The notes: generated by a model from the letters alone, not told the origin. A stretch of DNA of 64,000 nucleotides from Bacillota bacterium (GCA_029224465.1 JAQXUQ010000020.1:30006-94005), one strand, 5' to 3'. Counted from the stretch's first letter, positions 27,816 to 38,550 are shown. A program made the numbers and translations.

Positions 27816-30800
27816 TTATGCCGTCAGGTCCTTGTCATCGATCAGGCTTACACTGACAAGCGTCGATACACCTTTCTCCTGCATTGTTATTCCGTACAGC
27901 CTGTCGGCGCGGTCCATGGTTCCGCGTCTGTGTGTAATCACGATAAACTGCGTGTTCTTTGTCAGCTTGTGAAGATATCCGGCGAACCGCCCGACATTGC
28001 TCTCGTCAAGCGCCGCCTCGATTTCGTCGAGAAGGCAGAACGGCGAGGGCTTGAGATTCTGAATCGCGAACAGCAGCGAAATCGCGGTCAGAGCCTTCTC
28101 TCCGCCAGACATCTGCATCATGTTCTGCAGCTTCTTTCCCGGCGGCTGCGCGATCACGCGAACGCCTGCTTCCAGAATATCCTGATCTTCGACCAGCTCG
28201 AGTCTGCCTGTCCCGCCGCCGAAAAGCTCCTTAAAGACCTTGTCGAATTCCTTCTGGATCAAAGCGAACTGCGTGCGGAACTGCGAGCGCATTGCGCCGT
28301 CCAGCTGCTCGATGATCTGTTCCAGATCCTTCTGCGCCGCAATGATATCGTCCGCCTGTTTCTTTGTAAACTCATAGCGTTCGGAGACGGATTTGTACTC
28401 TTCAATGGCATTCACATTGACATTGCCAAGCCCCTTGATGGTGGCTTTAAGTTCGCCCGCGAGCTTTTTCATTTCGGACAGGTCGCGGAGCGGCTCTTCC
28501 CGGAGCTCTTCCGCCTGCAGCGGCGTCAGCTCATATTCGTTCCAGAGGTAATTGATCCTCGCCTCGATCGTCTCTTCGAGCCTCTTTTTCTGTTCTTCAA
28601 GCCGGTATACTTCCTTATCCAGCTGCGCCTTTGTTTCGGAAAGTGTATCTCTTCTTTCAAACAGCGTCTTCATACGGGAAGAGAGCTCTTCTTTATCCCG
28701 CGACGCGCTGATCAGCAGCTTTTTGTCCTTTTCCAGCGCTTCGCCCGAGGAATCCAGCGTTCTCTGCGTCTCCTCGATCAGACGCTTTCTTGACTCAATA
28801 TCGTCCGATCCCTTGTCGATGCTGCCGAGGATTTCCGAAAGTTCCTGCTGCAGCTGCAAAACATCATCGCCGATTCTGGATAGCTCCTGCTCGCCAAAAG
28901 CAGCGCTCTGCCGCTTTTTCTCGATTTCCACGTTGAAAGAAGCGGCAACATCCGCTTCCGAGCGTTCCCTCTCATCAAGCTCCGATTTTTTTACAAGCAG
29001 CCTTTCGATTTCCGCGTTCGTTTCCTTTTCAAACTGCAAGGAGGCCGCTTCCTGCGCCCTGATGTCTTCTTCTTCCTTCTGCAGAGCCAGCGTTGTCTTT
29101 TCTATTTCGCTGTTTTCGGCGCGCAGAGCATCATAATTTCCGCTGCTCTCGTTCTTTTTCTCCTCTTCCTGCCGGATTTGCAGCCGTTTTGTGTTCAGCT
29201 CGAGCATTTTCGTCTGCTGCAGCGTATGAATATTCTCGAGCTTTCCGCGGAGCACGTTTCTTTCCGTCTTGACGGTCTCTATCTGCTCTTCCAGCGCCTC
29301 CATCTGTTTTTTCTGTTCTTCGGCATTCTTCTGCAGCTCCGCGATTTCTCTTCTTCTGCCGAGAAGATTGTCTTTATTGCGGAAAGCGCCGCCGGAAACC
29401 GATCCGCCGACATTGAACTGCTCTCCGCCGAGCGTGACAATCCGCAATTTGTGCTGATATTTCACTGCGATGTGATAAGCATTATCATAAGTGTCGGCGA
29501 CCAGCACCCTGCCCAGAAGATGTCTTGCCACGCTTCTGTGTTCCGGTGCTGTGCGGACAAGCGTATCCGCGGTTCCGATCACGCCCGGTTCTTTCAGCGC
29601 AGGAGATGCGCCAAAGCCTGAAGAACTGCCGATATCCGAAAGCGGAAGGAACGTCGCGCGGCCGGCCTTCTCCTTTTTGAGGAGCGAGATCATCTGCTTG
29701 CTCGTCGCATTGTCCGTGGTGACAATATTCTGAATGCTGCCGCCCAGTGCGGTCTCGATCGCGGTTTCATAGGCCGGGTCTGTTTTGATCAGATCCGCGA
29801 CAACGCCGATAATTCCGCTGTTCGTATCCCTGCACTCCATTACGCGGCGGACCGCGTTGCCAAAACCTTCATAGCGCTCGGTCAGGTTCAAAAGCGCGTC
29901 CAGCCGGGATTTTGTCTGATGGTACTGCGATTCTTCCGCGCGCAGCTTCTGATCGATGCCTGCAAGCGTCGTCTTTTTCTGCGCAATAGCTTCTTCGGTT
30001 TCTTTTTCTTTCTGCGCAAGATCCGCGTTTTCGACGGCCGCCTCCTGAAACGCCTTCTGCAGATCCGAAAGTTTTCGGTCGTGCTCGGACTCCTCGCTGC
30101 GGACGGAAATAAGCTTCGAAGAAAGCGCTGCCTTCCGCAGTTCCAGCTGCTGCCGCCTTTCGGAAAGGGCTGCCATTCCGGACTTGATCTGCGCTCTGGT
30201 ATTCAAAAGGTCCAGAATCTGATTCCGTTTCTGTTCGATCTCTTCCGAAAGAGAAGACAGCTCGTCCTGCAGACGGGTCAGATTTTCCGAGGCACCGCTC
30301 TGCTGCTGCAAAAGTGCGGCAATTTCATTCAGCGTTTTCTGCCGGCCGGCCGCGGCTGCTTCCTGCTCCTTCTGCCTCTGCGCAAGCTGCGCCCGGACAT
30401 CGCTTTCTCTTTTATGGAAATGCTCGGAGCTTTTTTCGGCAGAGCTGATCTGTTCTTTGTAGACTTTGATATTGCCTTCCAGACGGCTTCTGACCATACC
30501 TGCATCGTTGATCCGGTTTCTGGCTTCTTCCGTCTCCTTTTCCAGCGTTTCCAGCCGCGTCTGCGCCGCGGCATAGTCTTCCTTGACCTTTTCAAATTCC
30601 AGTGAAGTTGCTGAGAGTTCCTGCGCAGTGTCCTGCAGCTTCTTTTCTGCTTCGGACAGAAGATCCCTGTTCTTTCCGTTCTCCAGAAGGAAAATGTTCG
30701 CGTCCAGATGCCGGAGCTCTTCCATTGCCTTTAAATAGATTCTGGCCTTTTCGGACTGGCGCTCCAATGGACCGACCTGCTTCTGCAGTTCGGCAACAAT

Positions 30801-31379
30801 ATCGTTTACGCGGACAAGATTTGCCTTTTCATTATCGAGCTTTTTCTGCGCCTCGTTCTTGCGCTTCTTATACTTGACAATGCCGACCGCTTCGTCAAAA
30901 AGTTCGCGCCGGTCTTCCGGTTTGTCTGACAGAATCTTTTCGATCTGTCCCTGACCGATAATCGAATAGCCCTCTTTACCGATACCTGTATCGTAAAAAA
31001 GCTCCTGAACGTCCCGGAGCCGGACCTGCACGCCGTTGATCAGATATTCGCTTTCACCGCTTCGGAAAAGCCTCCGCGCGACCGTAACTTCCTGATAGTC
31101 GGTCGGCAGCCGGTGATCCGAGTTATCCATTGTGATCGCAACATATGCGTAGGAGAGGGGCTTTCGCAGCTCTGTACCCGCAAAGATGACATCCTGCATG
31201 TTGCCGCCGCGAAGCGACTTCGCGCTCTGCTCTCCGAGGACCCAGCGGACAGCGTCGCCCACATTGCTCTTGCCCGATCCGTTCGGACCGACGATCGCCG
31301 TAAAACCGTCATGGAATTCAAGCTTGATTTTATTGGCAAAAGATTTGAAACCCTGAATTTCGATACTCTTAAGATACAT
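27816..31379 (-). CDS. smc: Chromosome segregation protein SMC
   Basis: GPNGSGKSN, hinge, signature MSGGEK, LLDEIEAALD, long coiled coils. Confidence 0.98.
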   Translation of the reverse strand: MYLKSIEIQGFKSFANKIKLEFHDGFTAIVGPNGSGKSNVGDAVRWVLGEQSAKSLRGGNMQDVIFAGTELRKPLSYAYVAITMDNSDHRLPTDYQEVTVARRLFRSGESEYLINGVQVRLRDVQELFYDTGIGKEGYSIIGQGQIEKILSDKPEDRRELFDEAVGIVKYKKRKNEAQKKLDNEKANLVRVNDIVAELQKQVGPLERQSEKARIYLKAMEELRHLDANIFLLENGKNRDLLSEAEKKLQDTAQELSATSLEFEKVKEDYAAAQTRLETLEKETEEARNRINDAGMVRSRLEGNIKVYKEQISSAEKSSEHFHKRESDVRAQLAQRQKEQEAAAAGRQKTLNEIAALLQQQSGASENLTRLQDELSSLSEEIEQKRNQILDLLNTRAQIKSGMAALSERRQQLELRKAALSSKLISVRSEESEHDRKLSDLQKAFQEAAVENADLAQKEKETEEAIAQKKTTLAGIDQKLRAEESQYHQTKSRLDALLNLTERYEGFGNAVRRVMECRDTNSGIIGVVADLIKTDPAYETAIETALGGSIQNIVTTDNATSKQMISLLKKEKAGRATFLPLSDIGSSSGFGASPALKEPGVIGTADTLVRTAPEHRSVARHLLGRVLVADTYDNAYHIAVKYQHKLRIVTLGGEQFNVGGSVSGGAFRNKDNLLGRRREIAELQKNAEEQKKQMEALEEQIETVKTERNVLRGKLENIHTLQQTKMLELNTKRLQIRQEEEKKNESSGNYDALRAENSEIEKTTLALQKEEEDIRAQEAASLQFEKETNAEIERLLVKKSELDERERSEADVAASFNVEIEKKRQSAAFGEQELSRIGDDVLQLQQELSEILGSIDKGSDDIESRKRLIEETQRTLDSSGEALEKDKKLLISASRDKEELSSRMKTLFERRDTLSETKAQLDKEVYRLEEQKKRLEETIEARINYLWNEYELTPLQAEELREEPLRDLSEMKKLAGELKATIKGLGNVNVNAIEEYKSVSERYEFTKKQADDIIAAQKDLEQIIEQLDGAMRSQFRTQFALIQKEFDKVFKELFGGGTGRLELVEDQDILEAGVRVIAQPPGKKLQNMMQMSGGEKALTAISLLFAIQNLKPSPFCLLDEIEAALDESNVGRFAGYLHKLTKNTQFIVITHRRGTMDRADRLYGITMQEKGVSTLVSVSLIDDKDLTA

Positions 31380-31402
31380 AGACACCTGCGGCAGAGGCAG
31401 TG

Positions 31403-32098
31403 TTACGCCTTCTGCTTCTTTCTCTCAAGCAGGACATGATACGCGGCCTCCTGCTCTGCCGCTTTCTTCGACCGTCCGCTTCCCTGCGCGGCGCGTTTTC
31501 CGTTAATCACCGCCGCAGCCGTGTAGGTTTTCCGGTGGCCGGGGCCTTCTTCCCCGATAATCTCATACAGCAGGGATGCCCCGTCTTTCTGGCAGCTTTC
31601 CTGCAGTATGGACTTTGCGTCGTAAAAGAGCAGCTTGCCTTCCAGATCGGAAAGGATAAACTGCAGTATAAATTTCTCCGGTGCCTGCGCGCTGCCGCTG
31701 TCAAGATACATGGCGCCGATGACGGCTTCCATAACATCAGAGACAATGGAGTCCTTCTCCCTGCCGCCGCCGGCTTCCTCTCCTTTTCCGAGACGGATAA
31801 ACTGTTCAAGTCCGATATCTCTCGCGCAGTAAGCAAGCGCCGGCTCGCAGACCAGCGAGGCGCGGATTTTCGTGAGTTCTCCTTCCCGCTTGTTCTCGTA
31901 TTTGTTGTACAGAAAAACACTGGACACCATCTCCAGCACGGAATCCCCGAGGAACTCGAGCCGCTCATAGTCTTCGAAACGGCGGATTTTCTGTTCGTTC
32001 GCGTAGGAGGTATGTGTCAGCGCGCATTCCAGATAGTAAATATTATGGAAAGTATAGCCGATTCTTTTCTCCAGTTCAGAAAGCGATGGCTTTTCCAT
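31403..32098 (-). CDS. rnc: Ribonuclease III
   Basis: ALTHTSY, YERLEFLGD, EAVIGAMYLD, dsRBD G.G.SKKAAEQ. Confidence 0.98.
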   Translation of the reverse strand: MEKPSLSELEKRIGYTFHNIYYLECALTHTSYANEQKIRRFEDYERLEFLGDSVLEMVSSVFLYNKYENKREGELTKIRASLVCEPALAYCARDIGLEQFIRLGKGEEAGGGREKDSIVSDVMEAVIGAMYLDSGSAQAPEKFILQFILSDLEGKLLFYDAKSILQESCQKDGASLLYEIIGEEGPGHRKTYTAAAVINGKRAAQGSGRSKKAAEQEAAYHVLLERKKQKA

Positions 32099-32343
32099 TA
32101 CTTCTCTTCTCCTCTGGCGTTCCTGATTATTTCGAGCGCCTCCTCGACAGTCTTTATCTGAATCGCTTTTTCCTCATCGACCTTGATTCGGAATTCGTCT
32201 TCGACTGCCATCAGTATCTGGTACAGGTCCAGGGAGTCTGCGTCCAGATCCGCGGCAAAAGTCATATCTTTCGTAATCTCGTTCGGATCCACATTCATAA
32301 CATCCGCGATAATTGCCTTCAGCTTCTCAAATTCCATATCCAT
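32098..32343 (-). CDS. acpP: Acyl carrier protein
   Basis: DLDADSLD phosphopantetheine site; RBS GGAGG before ATG 32343. Confidence 0.93.
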   Translation of the reverse strand: MDMEFEKLKAIIADVMNVDPNEITKDMTFAADLDADSLDLYQILMAVEDEFRIKVDEEKAIQIKTVEEALEIIRNARGEEK

Positions 32344-32394
32344 TTTACCCTCCGATCTATCCCTTCCCGGGGATGCTCGCATTTATTATACCGC

Positions 32395-33441
32395 TTATCC
32401 GTTCTGCCGCGTTTCCGCAGGCTTTGTATGATCGACAAGATGCATCTTGTCCCGGAACTGCTCGTTGACTTTCGCGTTTGTAAAAGCGATGCACTGCGCG
32501 ATCGAATTTTCGACCTCAATTGCCTTCGCGTTGCCATGGGTCTTGACGACAAGTCCCGTAAGACCAAGAAGCGGCGCTCCGCCGTAGCTGGAAACGCTGA
32601 ATTTCCGCAGTGTCTTCTTCAGAGACGGCTTGACGAGCAGCGCGCCGAGCTTTGAAACAGCACTCGAAAGCATCGCTCCTTTAATCTCGCTTAAAAGAAC
32701 CGATGCCACACCCTCATACATCTTGAGGATGGCATTTCCTGTAAAAGCATCACAGACGACGACATCGGCTCCTCCGGCCGGTATATCTCTTGCCTCAATG
32801 TTGCCGGTGAAATTGATGTCCAGTTTCTTTAAAAGCGGATATGTTTCCTTGACAAGCGCGTTGCCTTTTTCTTCCTCCGCGCCGATATTGAACAGCGCGA
32901 CTCTCGGATTCTTCACACCGACGATGTTTTCCATATAAATGGAGCCCATCTGGGCAAACTGGACCAGCTGGGACGCTCTGGCATCCACATTGGCTCCGCA
33001 GTCAATCAGAAGAACCGGCCCCTTCGCCGTAGGTAAAAGCGGCGCGAGCGGCGCCCGTTCAATTCCCTTGAGCCGGCCCACAATCGTCTGTCCACCGACC
33101 AGGGTCGCTCCTGTTGAACCCGCAGTGACGAAAGCGTCGCATTCGCCTCTCTTTACGAGCTTCATCCCCTGCACAATCGAAGAATCTTTCTTCCTCATGA
33201 TCGCGGCGACCGGCGGTTCCGCCATTTCAATGACCTGCGTTGTCGGCAGAATATGCAGCCGCTGTGCAGGATAATCCATGTCCCTTAGCAGCTCTTCAAT
33301 CTGTTTCCTGTCGCCGGCAAGCGTAATGTCCAGCTGCGCATTGTGCAGGAGGGCGTTGACAGCTCCTCTGACGATTTCGGATGGCGCGTAATCTCCGCCC
33401 ATTGCATCGACGGCAACCCTGACAAGCCTGTTATCCTCCAT
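32395..33441 (-). CDS. plsX: Phosphate acyltransferase PlsX
   Basis: AVDAMGGDYAP, AGSTGA, DCGANVD, GAEEEKGN, DAFTGN, GGAPLLG, KTHG. Confidence 0.97.
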   Translation of the reverse strand: MEDNRLVRVAVDAMGGDYAPSEIVRGAVNALLHNAQLDITLAGDRKQIEELLRDMDYPAQRLHILPTTQVIEMAEPPVAAIMRKKDSSIVQGMKLVKRGECDAFVTAGSTGATLVGGQTIVGRLKGIERAPLAPLLPTAKGPVLLIDCGANVDARASQLVQFAQMGSIYMENIVGVKNPRVALFNIGAEEEKGNALVKETYPLLKKLDINFTGNIEARDIPAGGADVVVCDAFTGNAILKMYEGVASVLLSEIKGAMLSSAVSKLGALLVKPSLKKTLRKFSVSSYGGAPLLGLTGLVVKTHGNAKAIEVENSIAQCIAFTNAKVNEQFRDKMHLVDHTKPAETRQNG

Positions 33442-33599
33442 ATGTACTCCTTGTGATTTATCCGGAAGCAGACACCCTGCTTCCTGTTTTGACAAATCTT
33501 TACAACCAAATACTATACTAAACGCATCTGTCAAATGCAACAAAGTTCAAAGAGGCGCTGCCCGTCCGGATTCCGGCCGCGGGAACAAAAGCACAGCGG

Positions 33600-33643
33600 A
33601 AAAACTGCCGCCCCAGGAAACACTCTCCTGAAGCGGCAGTCTT
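33600..33643 (-). terminator. Intrinsic terminator after rpmF
   Basis: Minus strand ACTGCCGC...GCGGCAGT then TTTT. Confidence 0.65.
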
Positions 33644-33666
33644 TACAGTCATGTTAATTAAGAAGC

Positions 33667-33849
33667 TCAGTCCTCGACCTTGACAACTTCCTTCTTATTG
33701 TATGTTCCGCAGTTCTTGCAGACTCTGTGAGGCATCATTAATGCGCCGCACTTAGGGCACTTCACAAGAGTAGCAGCGGACATTTTCCAGTTCGCTCTTC
33801 TTCTGTCTCTGTGACTTCTAGAAGATTTGTTCTTGGGGCAAATAGACAT
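33667..33849 (-). CDS. rpmF: 50S ribosomal protein L32 (zinc-ribbon type)
   Basis: CPKNKSS...RRANW, CPKCG..MMPHRVCKNCGTY. Confidence 0.97.
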   Translation of the reverse strand: MSICPKNKSSRSHRDRRRANWKMSAATLVKCPKCGALMMPHRVCKNCGTYNKKEVVKVED

Positions 33850-33955
33850 CAGTTACACCTCCTTACTTCCGCAAAATGTAACGTTTTTGTTCACAAATAG
33901 GCCTTGCAGGCGGTTCTGCGTACGAAAAACGATAATTCCCAAACACGCAATGATG

Positions 33956-33984
33956 ATTATATGTTCATCCTGCCTGCTTGTCAA
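33956..33984 (-). promoter_or_regulatory. Consensus SigA promoter for rpmF
   Basis: TTGACA-17 bp-TATAAT on minus strand. Confidence 0.85.
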
Positions 33985-33997
33985 TAGCCCAAACAGC

Positions 33998-35239
33998 TCA
34001 TTCCGCTTTTTTCTTTGCGTGCTTGTACTTTACAGGGCACTGTACAAGCGCGAGGGTTTCCTGCGCAATGGCGAGCTCTTCGTTGGTTGGGAATATGAAT
34101 ACCTTCACCTTGCTCTCGGGCTTCGAAATCTCTGCGATCACGCCGCGGGTCTTCGCGTTCTTCTCCTCGTCAATCTCAATGCCCAGATATCCCAGATACT
34201 GGTAAACGAGCGCGCGGGACTTGGTATCATTTTCGCCGACGCCTGCGGTAAAGCAGATCACGTCAACACCGTTCATGGCAGCTGCGTACGCACCGATATA
34301 TTTCGCGACACGGTAAGCCCATGCGTCCAGCGCAAGCTCCGCGTTCTTGTTTCCTTCCTCTCTTGCCTTCCACAGATCACGGAAATCAGAGGAAAGATTT
34401 CCGGAGAGCGCGTAAACGCCGGAGTCCTTGTTCATCATCTGGTCGATTTCATAGGCGGACATATTTGTTTTGCCCATAATATAATCGACAACCGCGGGAT
34501 CCAGATCGCCGCATCTTGTGCCCATGATCAGGCCTTCGAGCGGCGTAAGTCCCATTGAAGTATCAATGCACTTGCCATACTGAACAGCGGAGACAGAAGC
34601 ACCGTTCCCCAGATGGCAGACAATGGTCTTCAGCTCTTCCGGCGTCTTCCCCATGTACTTCGCGACTTCGGTTGAAACAAACTTATGACTTGTTCCGTGG
34701 AAGCCGTACCGGCGGATCTTGTAATCCCTGTAATAATTCAGAGGAATCGCGTACATGTAAGCCTTGGGCGGCATAGTCTGATGAAACGCGGTGTCGAAAA
34801 CAGCAACCATCGGCGTGTTCGGCATCATCGCGCGGCAGGCTTCAATACCGGTCAGGTTTGCCGGGTTATGCAGCGGCGCCAGCTCGGAGACCTCACGAAT
34901 CGCGTTAATAACATCATTGTCAATCAGAACGGACTTTGTGAAATTCTCACCACCGTGTACGATACGGTGTCCAACAGCGCCGATTTCGGAAAGGGACCGG
35001 ATAACGCCGGTCTTCGAGTCAGTCAGCGCCGCGAGAACGAGGCTGATTGCCTTCTTATGATCGTCGATTCTGGTGTTCTCTTTGATCTTGCCGGTTTTAT
35101 TGCGGAGATTTTCATAGGTGATTGCGCCGTCAATGCCGATTCTCTCGCAGAGGCCTTTCGCGATGGCCTTCTGCGTGTCCGTATCAATGACCTGGAACTT
35201 CAAAGAAGAACTTCCGCAGTTAATAACCAGAATATTCAT
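33998..35239 (-). CDS. ackA: Acetate kinase
   Basis: INCGSSSLKF, GHRIVHGG, LAPLHNP, FDTAFH, YGFHGTSH, GLTPLEG, TAGVGEN, PTNEE. Confidence 0.98.
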   Translation of the reverse strand: MNILVINCGSSSLKFQVIDTDTQKAIAKGLCERIGIDGAITYENLRNKTGKIKENTRIDDHKKAISLVLAALTDSKTGVIRSLSEIGAVGHRIVHGGENFTKSVLIDNDVINAIREVSELAPLHNPANLTGIEACRAMMPNTPMVAVFDTAFHQTMPPKAYMYAIPLNYYRDYKIRRYGFHGTSHKFVSTEVAKYMGKTPEELKTIVCHLGNGASVSAVQYGKCIDTSMGLTPLEGLIMGTRCGDLDPAVVDYIMGKTNMSAYEIDQMMNKDSGVYALSGNLSSDFRDLWKAREEGNKNAELALDAWAYRVAKYIGAYAAAMNGVDVICFTAGVGENDTKSRALVYQYLGYLGIEIDEEKNAKTRGVIAEISKPESKVKVFIFPTNEELAIAQETLALVQCPVKYKHAKKKAE

Positions 35240-35261
35240 TGCTTACTGTCTCCCCTCTCCT

Positions 35262-36260
35262 TTATGCCTGTGCCTGCACGGATGTCAGAGCAACAACGCC
35301 GACGATATCCTGCCAGCTGCAGCCTCTGGAAAGGTCGTTGACGGGCTTCGCGATGCCCTGCAGCATAGGGCCGTAAGCTTCCGCCTTCGCCAGTCTCTGC
35401 ACAAGCTTGTATGCGGAGTTTCCGCAGTCCAGGTTCGGGAAAACAAGTACGTTCGCCTTGCCTGCCACAGGGCTTCCGGGTGCCTTGGACGCCGCTACGG
35501 AAGGAACGATTGCCGCGTCAACCTGCAGCTCACCGTCGCAGACAAGATCCGGATAATTCTCATGTGCCGAAGCGACTGCCGCGACAACCTTGTCTACGAG
35601 CGCGTGCTTCGCGGATCCCTTGGTGGAATGGGAAATGAAGGCTACATACGGATCTGCTCCGACAAGCTGGCGGAAGCTCTTCGCGGAATCATTCGCGATC
35701 GTGGCAAGCTCATCTGATGTAGGATCCTGATTCAGTCCGGAATCGGCAAAGATAAATGTTCCGTTATGACCGTATTCACAGTTCGGCACATCCATCAGGA
35801 AAAAGGCGGAAACCATCTTGGAGCCGGGGGCGGTCTTTAAGACCTGCAGCGCGGGACGAAGTGTATTGGCTGTGGAGTGGCAGGCACCGGATACGAGCCC
35901 GTCACCGTCGCCGGCCTTGAGCATAACGACGCCGAACATCGTGCGGTCGGCAAGAAGCGCTTCCTTCGCGCCTTCCATGGTCATTCCCTTCTTCTGTCGA
36001 AGCTCGAACAGGATTTTCTGATATTCTTCGAATTTGCTGCAGTTTTCCGGATCAACGACCGCGGCGCCGGACACATCCACGCCGTAATTTGCCGCATCAC
36101 TGCGGATCGTATTCTCATTGCCGATCAGAATGATTTTCGCAAGTCCGTCTTCCAGCACCTTCGCTGCCGCACGGATCGTTCTCTCGTCCTCCGACTCAGG
36201 CAGAATAATTGTCTTGATGTTCTGCTTCGCTTTTGCTTTAATACCATCAATGAATGACAT
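35262..36260 (-). CDS. pta: Phosphate acetyltransferase
   Basis: LPESEDER, DGLVSGA.HSTA.TLRP, SHSTKGS, DGELQVDAA, FPNLDCGN, NDLSRG; start ATG 36260. Confidence 0.97.
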   Translation of the reverse strand: MSFIDGIKAKAKQNIKTIILPESEDERTIRAAAKVLEDGLAKIILIGNENTIRSDAANYGVDVSGAAVVDPENCSKFEEYQKILFELRQKKGMTMEGAKEALLADRTMFGVVMLKAGDGDGLVSGACHSTANTLRPALQVLKTAPGSKMVSAFFLMDVPNCEYGHNGTFIFADSGLNQDPTSDELATIANDSAKSFRQLVGADPYVAFISHSTKGSAKHALVDKVVAAVASAHENYPDLVCDGELQVDAAIVPSVAASKAPGSPVAGKANVLVFPNLDCGNSAYKLVQRLAKAEAYGPMLQGIAKPVNDLSRGCSWQDIVGVVALTSVQAQA

Positions 36261-36411
36261 TTTCTCCTCCTTTTCCCATTGAAAAGCGTCGTTTTGATAT
36301 CTATATTCTGTGCTTTTTCCGGCAGCTCCGCACAGGAAAACCGGGGCCGTCTGGCAAAAAGCCCAAAAATCTGCTAATATATTATATGAAAAAATATTAA
36401 GGAATTCAACA

Positions 36412-37620
36412 ATGAAAACGATCGGAATTATCGCCGAATGCAACCCTTTACATAAAGGCCACGAATATCTTCTGCGGGAGGCGAAGAAGCGCTCCCTGGC
36501 GGACTCCGTTATCGTCATGATGAGCGGTGATTTTGTGCAGCGCGGAGAACCGGCCGTCTTCGACAAGGAGCAGCGGACGAAAGCACTGCTTTCCTCCGGA
36601 GCAGACCTCGTGCTGCAGCTTCCGGTTCTGTACTCATGCGCCGCAGCGGAATATTTTGCGCGCGGCGCGGTCCTTTCACTTGGTGCCACGCGGCTTGTAA
36701 GCGAACTGTGGTTCGGATCGGAGAGCGGGGATGAACAGCTCCTTTACAGGAACGCCGCGTTTCTTGAAAATGAGCCTGCGGAGTATCGGAAGTTCCTCCG
36801 GGGATATCTTGCGGAAGGTATCGCGTATCCGCTTGCCAGCGCGAAAGCGGCAAAGGCATGCGGCCTTTCCGGAGACCTCAGCGCAGATCTTGATCTTGGC
36901 GCCAATGACCTTCTGGGCACGCTTTATATCCGTACAATACAAAAGTACGGGCTTCCTTTGAAAGCGCATGCTCTTCTAAGAATTCCCGCCCAAGGTGCTT
37001 CCGTTATCCGGAAACAGCTGCTTTCCCGCAGGGATAACAGAGGATACGCAGATGGCTCCTTCTGCATGGCGCCGGACGACTTCTCGGCGCAGCTGGAAGC
37101 GGTATTGTTTGAGCTGTTGTCCGCCGGCCGTGCTGGATGCAAGGCGTCTCCCGCGGATTACCTCGATGTGACACCGGATACCGCAAACAGAATACGGCGT
37201 TGTTTTCCGCGCTATACAAGCTTTACCGGCTTCTGCGCGGCACTGAAATCAAAAGATCTGACCTATACCAGAATCAGCCGTCTCCTGACTCACATCCTGC
37301 TCGGTATTACCAAGGATACCATGAAGGCTGCGGAGGATGCCGGTAACATCGGTTACATACGCGTTCTGGGGATGCGGAAAGACGCATCGTCTCTTCTCTC
37401 CGCTCTTGTAAAAAACAGTTCCGTCCCTGTCATCACCAATGCTTCCAGCGTGCCGGAACTGTCTCCGCCGTTTGACGGACTTCTCGCCGCCGACTACAGG
37501 GCCGGAGAACTCTACCGGATGATCCGGCGGCAGAAAATTCTCTCCGGCTGCGCAAAAGGAGATCTCGATACTGCCGATCCGCTTCTGTCTGAATACTCAT
37601 CGGAGCTTGTCAAAGTATAG
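36412..37620 (+). CDS. tmcAL: HIGH-motif nucleotidyltransferase, tRNA(Met) cytidine acetate ligase-like
   Basis: GIIAECNPLHKGH, MSGDFVQRGEPA, GADLV, FARGAV, ANDLLG, YIRVLG; divergent from pta-ackA. Confidence 0.85.
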   Translation: MKTIGIIAECNPLHKGHEYLLREAKKRSLADSVIVMMSGDFVQRGEPAVFDKEQRTKALLSSGADLVLQLPVLYSCAAAEYFARGAVLSLGATRLVSELWFGSESGDEQLLYRNAAFLENEPAEYRKFLRGYLAEGIAYPLASAKAAKACGLSGDLSADLDLGANDLLGTLYIRTIQKYGLPLKAHALLRIPAQGASVIRKQLLSRRDNRGYADGSFCMAPDDFSAQLEAVLFELLSAGRAGCKASPADYLDVTPDTANRIRRCFPRYTSFTGFCAALKSKDLTYTRISRLLTHILLGITKDTMKAAEDAGNIGYIRVLGMRKDASSLLSALVKNSSVPVITNASSVPELSPPFDGLLAADYRAGELYRMIRRQKILSGCAKGDLDTADPLLSEYSSELVKV

Positions 37621-38541
37621 CGGAGTCCTTACAGTCATACTCCGTGTGCTGTTTTCTCTGGCCGACGCAACAGACCCCTGATAATAATTGTACCCCAGGT
37701 CTCTGGTAGCAGTTCTCCTGCCGTCTTCCCAGGTGTCAATAAAATTGTGGTAGACGAGCTTATCCTTCTGCTCGCTCCGGAGTACGTAGCTCTTTCCCTG
37801 CGTCAGGTCCTGCCTTGCGCTGACAAGAAAGATCCGAAGCTGCTTCGAGGCAGGGTCCCGGCCGGCCAGAATAACAACCGGGCAGGAATACGGATTGGAG
37901 AACCGGAAATCCCAGTGGCCGAAAACGACCGACGCGTCAAACCCGTCCGGCGCGTATCCTACCTGCAGGGTATGCGCGTGCCGTTCGAGGATCTGCATAC
38001 CGCCGGAGAGCGCCGCGTGATACAAAACAGACGAAACCTGGCAGATTCCTCCGCCCACCGTGCGTTCCATCCGCGCGCTTGTAATGGACGGAGCTTCTAC
38101 ATATCCTCTCTCTGTTGTCCGTTCTCCCAGCGTCTCATTATAGGAGAAGCTCTGGTAAGCCCCGACAATCGTGTTATTCAGGTAAGCACAGGCCGCATCC
38201 GCGTTCACCGCGCTTTCCGGAAAGGCCTGATAGGAAGAAGTGTAGGAAGAAAGAATCACCGGTTCGAATATCCGCGCGTCCTGCTGCGTCATTCCCTGCG
38301 TCAGGATATTGACGGAGGAAGGACTAAGAAGCCGCTCTACCATATCCTCCGCTGTTTCGGAGCGTTCCTGTATGGCAGCCGCCCGTGCGAAATTCCTGCT
38401 TTCCGCAAAGGCCGGAAGCGCATAAAAAAACAGACTCATCCCCGCCGTGAAAACCGCTGCGGCCAAAGCCGCAGCGCGCAGATAACCGTTATCTCTCCGG
38501 TTATCTCTTCCACTGCTTCGAGAGTCTGTTCTTCGAATCAT
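37597..38541 (-). CDS. VanW family protein with N-terminal signal/TM segment
   Basis: FSYNETLGERTTERGY..AP, VGGGICQVSSVLY, GFDASV, DFRFSNP. Confidence 0.88.
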   Translation of the reverse strand: MIRRTDSRSSGRDNRRDNGYLRAAALAAAVFTAGMSLFFYALPAFAESRNFARAAAIQERSETAEDMVERLLSPSSVNILTQGMTQQDARIFEPVILSSYTSSYQAFPESAVNADAACAYLNNTIVGAYQSFSYNETLGERTTERGYVEAPSITSARMERTVGGGICQVSSVLYHAALSGGMQILERHAHTLQVGYAPDGFDASVVFGHWDFRFSNPYSCPVVILAGRDPASKQLRIFLVSARQDLTQGKSYVLRSEQKDKLVYHNFIDTWEDGRRTATRDLGYNYYQGSVASARENSTRSMTVRTPLYFDKLR

Positions 38542-38550
38542 TGTATTGTC

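Noticed and set aside
37597-38541. Vancomycin-resistance locus
   Set aside because: vanW alone is not diagnostic, and no D-Ala-D-Lac ligase, vanH/X/Y or vanRS genes are in the window.
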